From an uncultured Ignavibacteriales bacterium (lineage in GTDB: Bacteria; Zixibacteria; MSB-5A5; GN15; FEB-12), in contig CAZVHP010000007.1 in the NCBI GenBank assembly GCA_964627305.1, positions 36,939 through 100,938 on the forward strand: a stretch of DNA of 64,000 bases, read 5' to 3'. The position numbers and the translations under genes were made by a program. Numbering within the stretch: the stretch's first letter is position 1; every line of letters starts with the position of its first letter. Under the pieces are notes generated by a model. The model ran no database searches. It was not told where the DNA came from and saw only the letters and a list, made by a program, of their open reading frames with translations. This document shows positions 29,628 to 38,906 of the stretch, one piece after another.

Positions 29628-29780
29628 GTCGAAACCTCGCTTCGCGACCCCTTCGGGGCAGGGGTTTCGACCTACGTCATGCGGGGCGGGGGTTGCGACC
29701 TACCTTTGGGGCACCGGGCAGGCGGGAGCCCTGCCGCGCACATGCACTTCATCTTATATGCGGCTACGGGGCAGGCCTAC
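29628..29780 (-). repeat. Cluster of GTAG-type REP-like palindromes between convergent genes
   Basis: Inverted repeat GTCGAAACC (29628-36) / GGTTTCGAC (29663-71). Minus strand reads GTAGGTCGAAACCCC, GTAGGTCGCAACCCC and GTAGGCCTGCCCC. Confidence 0.5.
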
Positions 29781-32700
29781 TTCAGCAGCATCATGCGAGC
29801 CGACAGACGGACACCGCCGTCAACCTCCAGCACATAGAAATACATACCGCTCGAAACGCTCTTCCCGCTACGATCGGTAGCATCCCACTCGACCGACTGC
29901 GAACCCTGAGGGCAGTAGCCCTCATACAGCGTGGCCACATCCTGACCAAGCAGGTTGTATACTCTCAGCGACACCTGGGCCGACTGCGGCAGATAGAACC
30001 CGATCGTCGTGGTCGGATTGAACGGGTTCGGGTAGTTCTGGTGCAATTGCGGCGATCTCGGCAACTCACCGGCGGCGTGCTCGATCTGCGCCGCCAGCAT
30101 CGCACGAAGGTCCTCCCGTCCCGGACTCTCCGGACAGTTGCAGACCGCTTCGTGCAAAGCCTCCAGTACCGTGTGACTGAACCCGCCGAAAACGCTCTCG
30201 GCTGTCACCAGCGGTTCATTCCCGCGCTGCGGGGCACCCACCGATTGCGCTCCCCAGTTATCCGTGATAGCGCAGACATCGTCAGCATCAACCACCCCGG
30301 AACCGTCGGCGTCGGCATACACCGCCCGGTATGGCTGCCAGTGACTGGTGGTGCCATGAGCCAGTCCGTAGTGCGGCCCCCATTCCATGCCGGTCGATTG
30401 CCGCGCCGGACCGCTCGCCCCGAAGAACAGCCCGATCGGCAGAATGTCGCGCTCGTCGACAACCCCGTCAGCGTTGCCATCCCCCGGCCAGACAACCGCC
30501 CCCGTCACGAAAACCAGTTGCGGTCCCGGAGGCGTCAGGTACGGTGTGCCGTTGACATCTGCAAGCGTGCCGCTGCCCCCAACCACAATCTCCTGAAGCG
30601 GCGGGAACGGTGACTCATCGGCCGGATACAGGCAGATGACCGAAACCGAGTCCCCATCGAGCATATCGAACGAGTGCTCCCAGTACAATTCCTGCGTCGC
30701 GCCCGAAATCACCAGTCCGCTCGGAAGAGTCTCTTCATTGAGCACGCCATTGAACATGACACAAAGCGGATCATAGACCTGCACACCCTGACGGCCGGTG
30801 GTAAGATTCCAAAGCGGCACCGACATTGCCAGACGCACATTAAGCACATGCTCACCGTTGGCCCGCACTCGCAGACGATCCGGGTAGGCTCCCGTATGCA
30901 GACTGGAACGGTCGACATCAACTGTCACATCCCGGCACTGCCCGGCGCTGAGCGTTCCCGAGGACGGGCTGACCGCCACCCAGGCCGGCAGATCGATCGC
31001 CTCCCAGCTTACCGACGCTCCCGAAATATTGCACAGGTTGAACTTCAGCGAGGCATCGGCATTGCCGTAATCCAGCAGCGACGGCGTAATCGTGATCACC
31101 GTATGGCGCGGCTCGATATCGACTGCCACCCAGACGGTGTCAGTCTCGGAGGCGATAGTCAGCCAGCCGGTTTGTGGCCCCGGTTCAAGCGATCCCCGAT
31201 CGGCAATAACCAGCACCGTCTGGGCATTGTCGGTCACACTCCCGGAGGCGGGCGACGCTGTTAGCCAGTGAGGAGCATCGGTAACACGCCACAAGAGCGT
31301 ACCATCGCCCGCGTTTTGAATCAGAACAACCAGCGTATCAAACTCGGTGCCGAAATCGAGTGACTGGGGAGAAACCGAAAGCATCGGCGGATCCTCGACC
31401 GCTATCTCAATGACGGATGCACAGGCGGTATCGCGGGCATCGACCACATGGAGAGTCGCCGTATACAACCCGCGACCCTCGTAGGTGTGGATCGGCGAGA
31501 TGGTCTGAGAGCTGTCCACCGACCCGTCTCCGAAGTCCCAGTAGAACCGGTACGGTGGCTCGCCCCCGGAGGCCTCGGCGGCAAAGGCGATCTCCAGCGG
31601 CGCGGTGCCGCTGTCGGGCGCGGCCCACACCAGGCAATTCAACTCCGGTCCCACCATGATCTCAACCATCGACAGGCACTCTGCGTCGGTAGCATCGGTA
31701 ACCGTCAACGTGGCCGTATACTCCCCGCCGGCGGCGTACACATGCGCCGGATTAGCTTCTGTCGACGTGCTGTCATCGCCAAAGGTCCACAGGTATGAGT
31801 ACGGCTCCGTACCACCGGAAACCTCGGCAGCAAAGGCGACCGCCAGCGGTGCAGCTCCCGAGTCCGGCTCAGCGACAACCTCACAGAAGAACTCGGGAGA
31901 AACTGTGATCTCGACTGATGTCTGGCATTGCTGCTCCCGGGCGTCCCAGATAGTGAGATTGGCGGTGTAGACTCCGGCCGTGTCGAATACCTTCGTGTAT
32001 GTCGAATCCTCGGATCCGAACCAGTCATAAAGGTCCGAAAACGTCCATTCATAGTAATACGGCGGCTGGCCCCCCATGGCAATACCGGTGAACGTCACCT
32101 CCAGCGGCGCCGGACCGGCTGTCGTGCTGACCGCCAGCGAACATGACAGCCCGGCGGTCACGGTAATGTCGATGGTGCGCGTACACGTTTGGTCTATACG
32201 GTCGGATACCGTGAACCTGACAGTGTACTCGCCCTCCTCTTCAAACAGGTGCGAAGGGTTGGCCACATACGCGGTATCGCCGTCACCGAAATCCCACTCG
32301 TAACTCAGCGGCGGCACCCCCCCCGAGACATTGGACTGGAAAGACACCCACAGCGGCGCCGGACCTTCTCGCTCCGTCTCTGTGAAGGCCGCGCAGGCAA
32401 GCGAAGGAGTGCACCCCAGATCATATCGCCCCATCAGCCCGCACGAGTTGTTCTCGGCAAGACATGGCGATGCCATCGACAGTGAATAGTCCCGTGCCCC
32501 CGGGGCACAGAATAGCGGGTCCAGCTCAATATTGCCCGAATGGCCGCCCAGAGCGGAGACGGCCCGGCCCATCCAGTTGCCGCCGGCATTGCCATAGGAA
32601 TCGGTACAACTGACACTGATGTCGTAATATTCATCATACCACTCTATCCCCGGACCGCTGGTTGAATGGGCAAAAATACACTGATCAATCGTCACTCGTG

Positions 32701-34612
32701 CGTATTCATACCCCCCGACAATATGAATCCCCCCGCTGTTGTAGGCGAATGTGGAACGGCTGATAGTTATGTTGTTGCCCTCGCGGATGGATATCGCGCC
32801 GGTTTCCTTGCCGGAGTTGTAATCGAACAGGCAGGAATCAACGAGGACCTCGTCCCAGCTCACAACGAGTATGCCTCCGGCCGTGTTACCGGAAGTATTG
32901 TTGTAGAAGGTGCATCCGGTGACCTTCGCCGCGGCATACTCGACATCAAGAGCGGTACCGGCGTTACCCTGAAAGATGCAGTCGGTGAAGATATTGCTGC
33001 CGCCGTCTTCCAACACGACCCCACCCCCCCGGTTGTTCTCAATGGTGGCACCGTTGACGGTAACCGACCCGCCGGAGGCACGGATGCCCAAATAGGCGCT
33101 GCCTCGTATTATCGTATTGGTGATCGTGCCATGACCCTCACCGGTAACATAGATGCCGTTTCCTCCGGAATTCTCAATGATGCAGTCCTCGACAGTCCCT
33201 GTGGCCGACCAGATAGTAACCGCCGCAGCCGGAACATCGCCGCCATCAGCCGCATTGCGGATCGTGAACCCCTTGATCTTCGGGTTGCCCACCGTGTACC
33301 AGTCGTAGTAGAAACCCGGGTACTTGTACTCACAATCAATGATGGTCTGGGACGGATTGCTCGAGGACGCAATGATATCCACCGGCTTTTCCCCCCCCAT
33401 GCTGATGTCGCAATTGTCCGGGCCGGTGTACGTACCGGGACGGACGAGTACCGTGCCCCCGATATACAACGGGAAGGCAGCCCGGGCGGCCTGTATGGTC
33501 GGGAACTCGGTCGGGACCTCGTGAGGACCGGTCGTGATCAGGGTCCAGACATCCGACCACGGGCCCGGTTCACCGGCAGAATAGTGCGCCCGAACACGCC
33601 AGTAGTAATTCGGGTCATGCGATCCGCCACCGGGATTGAAGGTATAGTCCGAAAACGGCAGAGGTGTCGTAATCGTGCAACTGCCACCGACAAGCGAGGT
33701 GGTGTCCACGATGATATTCCGAAACAGCGGATCAGTAGCAATCTGCAGGGAGTAGAAGACACCATTACCGGTCCAGACGAAAGTCGGCAGGTTGTTCTCC
33801 GTAACCGTGCCGCTCAGCGGCGATACCAGGGTGGGGGCCGTGGCGGCGTCCTTGATCCCTCGGACATAGTCGACATACACAGATTCCTGTGTATCATACG
33901 CCCCGGCAAGAATCGAAACAGCCTCAAGATTGTCAAAAGCGCCCGGAGATGGCTCATTCAATACGATCGTGTGCCATTGACCCGATGAAAGCGGTGCGCC
34001 CCAGCCGTAATACGTAAACATGCTGGAGCCGGCGGTCTTCGCACCGATCATCACATACTGCAACGTTGTGTCCGTAATGTATATCCGCGCCTCGATCCGG
34101 AACACACCGTTCCAGTCACCGGAATTCGGAGATACGCAGGACTTGATCCACCATTCGTAATCACAGGAGTGTTCGTAGTAGCCGTTGAAGTTGGCGTAGT
34201 ACTGAAGCGTGCTCTGGCCGCCAAACATGGCCGCGCTCAGGCCGCTGGAATAGACTGTCGTATCGACTCGATAGACTTCCTGGCAATCCACGTCCGGGTA
34301 GTATATCTGGACGACATTGGCGGGATTCAAAAATGACCAGCCCTGGGTGCCGGTGGAGAAGTCGTACCAGACTGTATCCAGATCGTTGGCGTCAGCCTTT
34401 AGGGCCGGGAACTCACTCGGCTTGCTGGTCCGGTCCGCCGGTCCGGAGGTTGCCAGAGGATCCTCGATCACAGAGGCGGCCAGCCCCGGCGTTGCCACCA
34501 GAAAGAGAAGGAACGCAACCATGACGAACGGCCACAGATGAGTGAGTATCCGCGGAAGCCCTACACTGTCTTCACTTCGGGCGGTCACTAAGAATCGATA
34601 ATGACGGGGCAT
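29777..34612 (-). CDS. Large secreted/surface protein: FN3-like, right-handed beta-helix, ~4 PKD repeats, BACON-like repeats, dockerin-like, FlgD/T9SS-type CTD
   Basis: Signal-like N-terminus; VPTEFPTIQAA beta-helix start; repeated G.APL.V.F..GG.PPY.Y.WDFGDG; GDGNADGVVDERDI / ADADGSGVVDADDV; C-terminal QNYPNPFNPTTTIGF..YNLLGQ..SSGMYFY..MMLLK. Confidence 0.88.
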   Translation of the reverse strand: MPRHYRFLVTARSEDSVGLPRILTHLWPFVMVAFLLFLVATPGLAASVIEDPLATSGPADRTSKPSEFPALKADANDLDTVWYDFSTGTQGWSFLNPANVVQIYYPDVDCQEVYRVDTTVYSSGLSAAMFGGQSTLQYYANFNGYYEHSCDYEWWIKSCVSPNSGDWNGVFRIEARIYITDTTLQYVMIGAKTAGSSMFTYYGWGAPLSSGQWHTIVLNEPSPGAFDNLEAVSILAGAYDTQESVYVDYVRGIKDAATAPTLVSPLSGTVTENNLPTFVWTGNGVFYSLQIATDPLFRNIIVDTTSLVGGSCTITTPLPFSDYTFNPGGGSHDPNYYWRVRAHYSAGEPGPWSDVWTLITTGPHEVPTEFPTIQAARAAFPLYIGGTVLVRPGTYTGPDNCDISMGGEKPVDIIASSSNPSQTIIDCEYKYPGFYYDWYTVGNPKIKGFTIRNAADGGDVPAAAVTIWSATGTVEDCIIENSGGNGIYVTGEGHGTITNTIIRGSAYLGIRASGGSVTVNGATIENNRGGGVVLEDGGSNIFTDCIFQGNAGTALDVEYAAAKVTGCTFYNNTSGNTAGGILVVSWDEVLVDSCLFDYNSGKETGAISIREGNNITISRSTFAYNSGGIHIVGGYEYARVTIDQCIFAHSTSGPGIEWYDEYYDISVSCTDSYGNAGGNWMGRAVSALGGHSGNIELDPLFCAPGARDYSLSMASPCLAENNSCGLMGRYDLGCTPSLACAAFTETEREGPAPLWVSFQSNVSGGVPPLSYEWDFGDGDTAYVANPSHLFEEEGEYTVRFTVSDRIDQTCTRTIDITVTAGLSCSLAVSTTAGPAPLEVTFTGIAMGGQPPYYYEWTFSDLYDWFGSEDSTYTKVFDTAGVYTANLTIWDAREQQCQTSVEITVSPEFFCEVVAEPDSGAAPLAVAFAAEVSGGTEPYSYLWTFGDDSTSTEANPAHVYAAGGEYTATLTVTDATDAECLSMVEIMVGPELNCLVWAAPDSGTAPLEIAFAAEASGGEPPYRFYWDFGDGSVDSSQTISPIHTYEGRGLYTATLHVVDARDTACASVIEIAVEDPPMLSVSPQSLDFGTEFDTLVVLIQNAGDGTLLWRVTDAPHWLTASPASGSVTDNAQTVLVIADRGSLEPGPQTGWLTIASETDTVWVAVDIEPRHTVITITPSLLDYGNADASLKFNLCNISGASVSWEAIDLPAWVAVSPSSGTLSAGQCRDVTVDVDRSSLHTGAYPDRLRVRANGEHVLNVRLAMSVPLWNLTTGRQGVQVYDPLCVMFNGVLNEETLPSGLVISGATQELYWEHSFDMLDGDSVSVICLYPADESPFPPLQEIVVGGSGTLADVNGTPYLTPPGPQLVFVTGAVVWPGDGNADGVVDERDILPIGLFFGASGPARQSTGMEWGPHYGLAHGTTSHWQPYRAVYADADGSGVVDADDVCAITDNWGAQSVGAPQRGNEPLVTAESVFGGFSHTVLEALHEAVCNCPESPGREDLRAMLAAQIEHAAGELPRSPQLHQNYPNPFNPTTTIGFYLPQSAQVSLRVYNLLGQDVATLYEGYCPQGSQSVEWDATDRSGKSVSSGMYFYVLEVDGGVRLSARMMLLK

Positions 34613-35023
34613 ACTTGACCTCAGACATAAGATTTTGGCGGAGCCGGAAAGCCGAGCGGCGCGACCGTAAAGGGTACAAACTCCCCTGTACTCATTGATT
34701 TACGCGTCAAACGACACCACCGTAGCACTAAAATGCACTGATAGATGCACTAAAATATAGTCACTTATCACGAATAGTCAATCGGGGAATTGGATTGGAG
34801 CACCCGGCAGGGCCGCCAGCAGCTCATTCTGTCCAGCTTCTGCACAACCCACGCCAGGACCACTACACAAAGAGAGTACCTCAGCGGATAACCAATATCC
34901 GTTGCCTTACCGCAAACATCGTAATGTCTCAAGTAAACCCCTTGCACGCAAGGGGCTTGCCGCAAAGGGCCTGCCGGCCATGAGGCGGCTTTCCGCCGAA
35001 CCTGCCTGCCGGGCCGCCAGTGG

Positions 35024-36553
35024 CTATGCCAGGTTCAGGCGGGCGGAGTCAAGGAGGTAGAGCCTCTCGCCTACCTTCTCGACGAAGCGTCGGTCATGGC
35101 TGACTATGAGGCAGCCGCCGGGGAACTCTGAGAGGATGTGCTCGATGACCTCGATCGATTCGACATCGAGGTGCGAGGTGGGTTCATCGAGCAACAGGAA
35201 CTCCGAGCGCATCAACAGGCACTTGACGACGGCGGAGCGCATAAGCTCGCCATAGGAGAGAGTGGCCACCTGTTGCTGCGGTTTGTCCTTTCGAATCAGC
35301 GCCTGGCCGAGCCATATGCGGACGGTGGTTTCATCGGCAGGACAGTCGGCGAAGTTGTCAAGGAGGGTGCCGGGATGGAAGAATCCGCGCAGTCCCTGCT
35401 GGAGGTATGAGAAGCGGACCTCGGGATGGCGTCGGCATGAACCGCTTTGGGGCAGCAGTTCGCCCATGATCAGGCGCAGGAGGGTGGTCTTGCCGGAGCC
35501 GTTGCGGCCCATGAGGCAGAGTTTGTCGCGGGTGGAAGCGACGAGGGAGGCCTCCTGCAGGCAGGGCGGGTCCTGATCGGGGTAGGCGAAGGTGACGTCA
35601 TGGAGGGTGAAGGCCTCGCGGTGGGGGATTTGATAGTCGGGCGCGGTCAGGGTGATATGTTTGGGGACGAAGGGTTTGGTATGCTCAAGGCGTTCCTTTT
35701 CGCGCAGGACGCGTTGCTGGACGGCTTGGGATCGTCTGGCCATTTTGGCGGCGCGGTGGCTGATGAAGCCCTTGCCCAGTTTGGCGCCGGACTTGGTGCG
35801 TTCTTTCTGTGCGGCCCAGTTCATGCGGCGGCGAGCGTCCTCTTCGAGTTTGCTGATCTGGCGGCGGATGGCTGTTGAGCGCTCGCGGCGGCTTCGCATG
35901 TCGTCGCAGCGAACGGACCAGGCGGCGGAGTAGCCGCCGGGGGTGGTGTAGATATCATGGGGGGTGATGAGGATAGTGTGGTCAGCCAGAGCGTCGGAGA
36001 GGGCGCGGTCGTGGGTGACGAGGATGACGCCGCAGCCCTGGTGCCTGAGTCGCTGGAGGTGTTGTTCGAACGCCAGCAGGCCGTCGATATCGAGGTAGTT
36101 GGTGGGCTCATCAAGGAGCAGCAGGTTGGCTTCGCCAGTGAGGATGTGGGCCAGGGCACGTTTCTGGCGCTGGCCATCGGACAGCAGCGTTGCTGCTTCG
36201 GTCTTCTCGCGCTCGATACCCAGATCAACAAGGAGCCGTCGGGTGCGGCCGAGATGCCTGGGATCGCCGGCAGTCGCTGATTCGGTGGCGTAATCGGGGG
36301 ATGTGAGCAGTTGCGGCAGGAGGGCCGGGGCGGTATCGGGAGCGAGTTGCAGGGTGCCCTCGAGGGTGTAGTCCGCCGTGGATAGCGGCATGCCGGCAAT
36401 GAGCCCAAGGAGGGTGGACTTGCCGCAGCCGTTGGCGCCGGCCAGTGCGAGGATTTCGCCGGGGGCCAGGCTGAATGACAGATGTGAGAACAGACGGTGA
36501 CCGGCGATTTCGACAGACAGGTTCTTGACGGTAAGTAAGGGAACAGATGACAT
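35024..36553 (-). CDS. ABC-F family ATPase (tandem ABC domains, no TM)
   Basis: GANGCGKS / LSDGQ / LLLDEPTNYLD, a basic helical linker, then GRNGSGKT / LSYGE / LLLDEPTSHLD / VSHDR. Confidence 0.88.
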   Translation of the reverse strand: MSSVPLLTVKNLSVEIAGHRLFSHLSFSLAPGEILALAGANGCGKSTLLGLIAGMPLSTADYTLEGTLQLAPDTAPALLPQLLTSPDYATESATAGDPRHLGRTRRLLVDLGIEREKTEAATLLSDGQRQKRALAHILTGEANLLLLDEPTNYLDIDGLLAFEQHLQRLRHQGCGVILVTHDRALSDALADHTILITPHDIYTTPGGYSAAWSVRCDDMRSRRERSTAIRRQISKLEEDARRRMNWAAQKERTKSGAKLGKGFISHRAAKMARRSQAVQQRVLREKERLEHTKPFVPKHITLTAPDYQIPHREAFTLHDVTFAYPDQDPPCLQEASLVASTRDKLCLMGRNGSGKTTLLRLIMGELLPQSGSCRRHPEVRFSYLQQGLRGFFHPGTLLDNFADCPADETTVRIWLGQALIRKDKPQQQVATLSYGELMRSAVVKCLLMRSEFLLLDEPTSHLDVESIEVIEHILSEFPGGCLIVSHDRRFVEKVGERLYLLDSARLNLA

Positions 36554-36922
36554 ACGTTTCTCCACAGAGCAATGGTCTTGCCGGGCGATTTGCATTGAGT
36601 GCAATTCGCGGCGATGTTCGAGCGCTTCTTCGCAGGAAGAGCAGTGGCTTGCTTCAGATGGTGGAGAAGAATCTCACCTGATGACTCCGGTCGGGGTTCC
36701 TGTTGGCCCGCAGTGGGGCGGTGTTGTGTGTAAGATACGACAAACGGCGTGTTGTGGCTATGGGAAAGTGCGAGAGCGGGCGGGAAAAGCCGGCGTGATA
36801 TGGACGGAACTGACGCGGAAAGGCTGATATTTTTGTTTCCAATGGCTGGTTGATTTGCTTCGTTAGATGTGAAACAGGGTTTGAAAGAACTGCCCACGTA
36901 CAACAATGCTAAGGAGGAAAGA

Positions 36923-37471
36923 GTGAAGAAGGCAATTTTGATCACCTGTGTCCTTTTGCTGGGGGTTGCGGGCGTGTCCGCAGATGATCTGACGGGTCGC
37001 ATGACGGTTAGTGGCTATGTGGGTTACGCACTGGGGTTCGGTGACGCGTTTGAGGATTATGAGGGCTTCGGCACCGAGGTTTCGGTAGGGCCGACGATCA
37101 ACTTCGGCGGTCAGTTTTCATACGGTGTCAAAGAGAACCTCATGGTGGGTGGCGAATTGTATTTCCAGAGTATCAAATCGGAGGTGAAGTCTGATTTCGG
37201 AGGGTCTGCCTCGGAATCGGACATGAACACCAATGTTCTGGGCAATGTCCTTTATGCTTTCAATCACACCAGCGAGAAGGCGCTTTTTGGAATCGCCGGT
37301 CTGGGTCTGTATGATGGTGACCTTGGCCTTCATGCCGGCATCATCTACCAGACGGCAGTGTCTGAGAGCATCACGCTGTTCGGCATGCCGCGTCTGCATG
37401 CGCTGTTTACTGATCCTTCGGGATTCATGCTGCAGCTTTCGGTAGGCGCAACCTTCCCAATCGGCAATTGA
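36923..37471 (+). CDS. Small outer-membrane beta-barrel protein (OmpA-TM/OmpW-like)
   Basis: RBS AAGGAGG then GTG; signal peptide KKAILITCVLLLGVAGVSA; about 8 amphipathic strands ending LSVGATFPIGN. Confidence 0.72.
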   Translation: MKKAILITCVLLLGVAGVSADDLTGRMTVSGYVGYALGFGDAFEDYEGFGTEVSVGPTINFGGQFSYGVKENLMVGGELYFQSIKSEVKSDFGGSASESDMNTNVLGNVLYAFNHTSEKALFGIAGLGLYDGDLGLHAGIIYQTAVSESITLFGMPRLHALFTDPSGFMLQLSVGATFPIGN

Positions 37472-37558
37472 GCAAAGTATCGTATTCATAAGGCAGTTCT
37501 CGTGCTATCGGGGGCTGCCTTTTGGCGTTGCGGGGGGTAGAGGGGATGTCGGAACATT

Positions 37559-37964
37559 GGAGGAACCCGCCCCGCCGGAGGCGGGATGGGGCATTGCGGG
37601 CTGTGGGGCACCGGGGCCAAGAGTTCCCCGACGCAAGGGGCTTGTTGAAAAAGCCACCCGTACTGTTCCGTGGGGTCTTGATGCGCCAACGGCGGATTGT
37701 GACCCGACGGTCTTGCAACTACTTAAGTGCAAGCAGTCAGGTCACACGCTCGTCTCTGACGACCGCAAGACCTGACTGAACAGGGTTTCGCAACAAGCCC
37801 CAAGCGTCGGGGCACCCCATTCTTTGTGCCCGAGTTGAGTGTGGTTTTGATATTGTGTTCGTTGAGGTTGCTTAGTTTCTGTGTGGCGGTTCTCGCAATG
37901 ACGGGGCAGGGGGGACGCCTGCCGCGCACGGAGGAACCCACCCCGCCTGAGGCGGGATGGGGCA
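37559..37964 (+). repeat. Two copies of a 35-bp palindromic repeat
   Basis: GGAGGAACCC(G/A)CCCCGCC(G/T)GAGGCGGGATGGGGCA at 37559-37593 and 37930-37964, 33/35 identical. Confidence 0.85.
37638..37800. mobile_element. 163-bp MITE-like element with terminal inverted repeats and 4-bp target duplication
   Basis: Ends GGGCTTGTTGAAAAAGCC / GGGTTTCGCAACAAGCCC (15/18; outer 10 bp perfect). CAAG duplicated at 37634-37637 and 37801-37804. Removal restores the hairpin CCCCGACG-CAAG-CGTCGGGG. Confidence 0.75.
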
Positions 37965-38134
37965 CCGCGTGCAGGCAACACCACCCACAGTTGTGGGGTA
38001 TCTGGCACAGGCATGGACACGGCAGGAGTACAGGGTGATGGGAAGCAGGGGGCGAGCAATAAAAAGGAAGAAGGCCGTCCGGAGGGGTCAGACAACCTTC
38101 TTTGAGAATGGGAGGTAAAGATAAAACGGGAATG

Positions 38135-38584
38135 CTAAGACGATAGCGTTCCGATCTTTTTGAGGAATTCCTTGATGGTACCCGTGCCGGAGCTGTCAGG
38201 GAATGAGGCCATAGTCAGGGGGATGAAATCATCGACGGACTGCCGGGTGATATCGGCGAGGCGTCGCCTGACAACCTCGGTCATGCGGTTGATGGCGACC
38301 TCGGCGCCCTGCCGGGAGGTCTCTGGTAACAGGAAGGCCAGTCGGCGGTCGTCCAGAGCGGTCACGGAATCGACTTCTCGGATGTTACGCCGGACGTGTT
38401 CGCGGACAGCATCGATGAGCTCCCCGGGGTTGATCTTGTGATTCTCGGCGATCGTCCCCAACTCGAGGATTCCACACGAAAGGAAGGTGCTGTAACGCTC
38501 GGCGCGTTTGAGCTCCTGCAGTACCGCGTGGGTGAAGGCAAAGCCACTGGTCGGTTTGTCCTGCACCTGAATTGATCCTCGCAT
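38135..38584 (-). CDS. Stand-alone degenerate GGDEF-domain protein
   Basis: ELKRAERYSTFLS..IREVD..LAFLLPETSRQGA is the GGDEF scaffold, but the catalytic motif reads LDDRR. Confidence 0.72.
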   Translation of the reverse strand: MRGSIQVQDKPTSGFAFTHAVLQELKRAERYSTFLSCGILELGTIAENHKINPGELIDAVREHVRRNIREVDSVTALDDRRLAFLLPETSRQGAEVAINRMTEVVRRRLADITRQSVDDFIPLTMASFPDSSGTGTIKEFLKKIGTLSS

Positions 38585-38625
38585 AGCAATGTCCCAGCAC
38601 GTTAAGGTCTGACCAATTATTGAGC

Positions 38626-38642
38626 AGCAATATTCGTTCCTT
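38626..38642 (-). promoter_or_regulatory. Putative sigma54 (-24/-12) promoter of the GGDEF-like gene
   Basis: AAGGAACGAATATTGCT has GG-N10-GC spacing with TTGC. An IHF-like TTACAATAACTTA lies at 38712-38724 and an NtrC-family gene is directly upstream. Confidence 0.5.
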
Positions 38643-38874
38643 GCAGGAGAAACGGCGATTATTGGGTAACCTTTTCCCTGTTCAGAGCGGCTGGAGTCGA
38701 TTTGTTTTTGTTAAGTTATTGTAATGCAACAGAGCCGTTGATCGATACAGGATGAGCGAATTAGCTACGGGTCATACGGAATGTGATCTGCATTGCCTAA
38801 AAATGTTCAATTGATGCACAGATATAAAACTGTTTTACTGAGGTTTGTGGGTGAGCTGGTGCTAGCGGGAGTGG

Positions 38875-38906
38875 TTATCAACATGAGCGGTATTGATTGT
38901 GGATAA
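38875..38906. promoter_or_regulatory. Pair of DnaA-box-like sites
   Basis: TTATCAACA (38875-83, 1 mismatch) and TGTGGATAA (38898-906, perfect reverse complement of TTATCCACA). Confidence 0.35.

Noticed and set aside
31400-32400. Repeated ~250-bp DNA units
   Set aside because: They are the tandem PKD domains of the 1611-aa protein, not an independent repeat element.
34613-35023. dif site or oriC at the skew switch
   Set aside because: No convincing XerC/XerD arms (TTATGTTAAAT-like) and only 2-mismatch DnaA-like words were visible.
35821-37002. 393-aa minus-strand ORF overlapping the ABC-F and OMP genes
   Set aside because: Low-complexity Ser/Pro/Ala alternative-frame product overlapping two better-supported genes.
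37472-38134. CRISPR array
   Set aside because: Only two repeat copies 371 bp apart, no regular repeat-spacer period and no cas genes.
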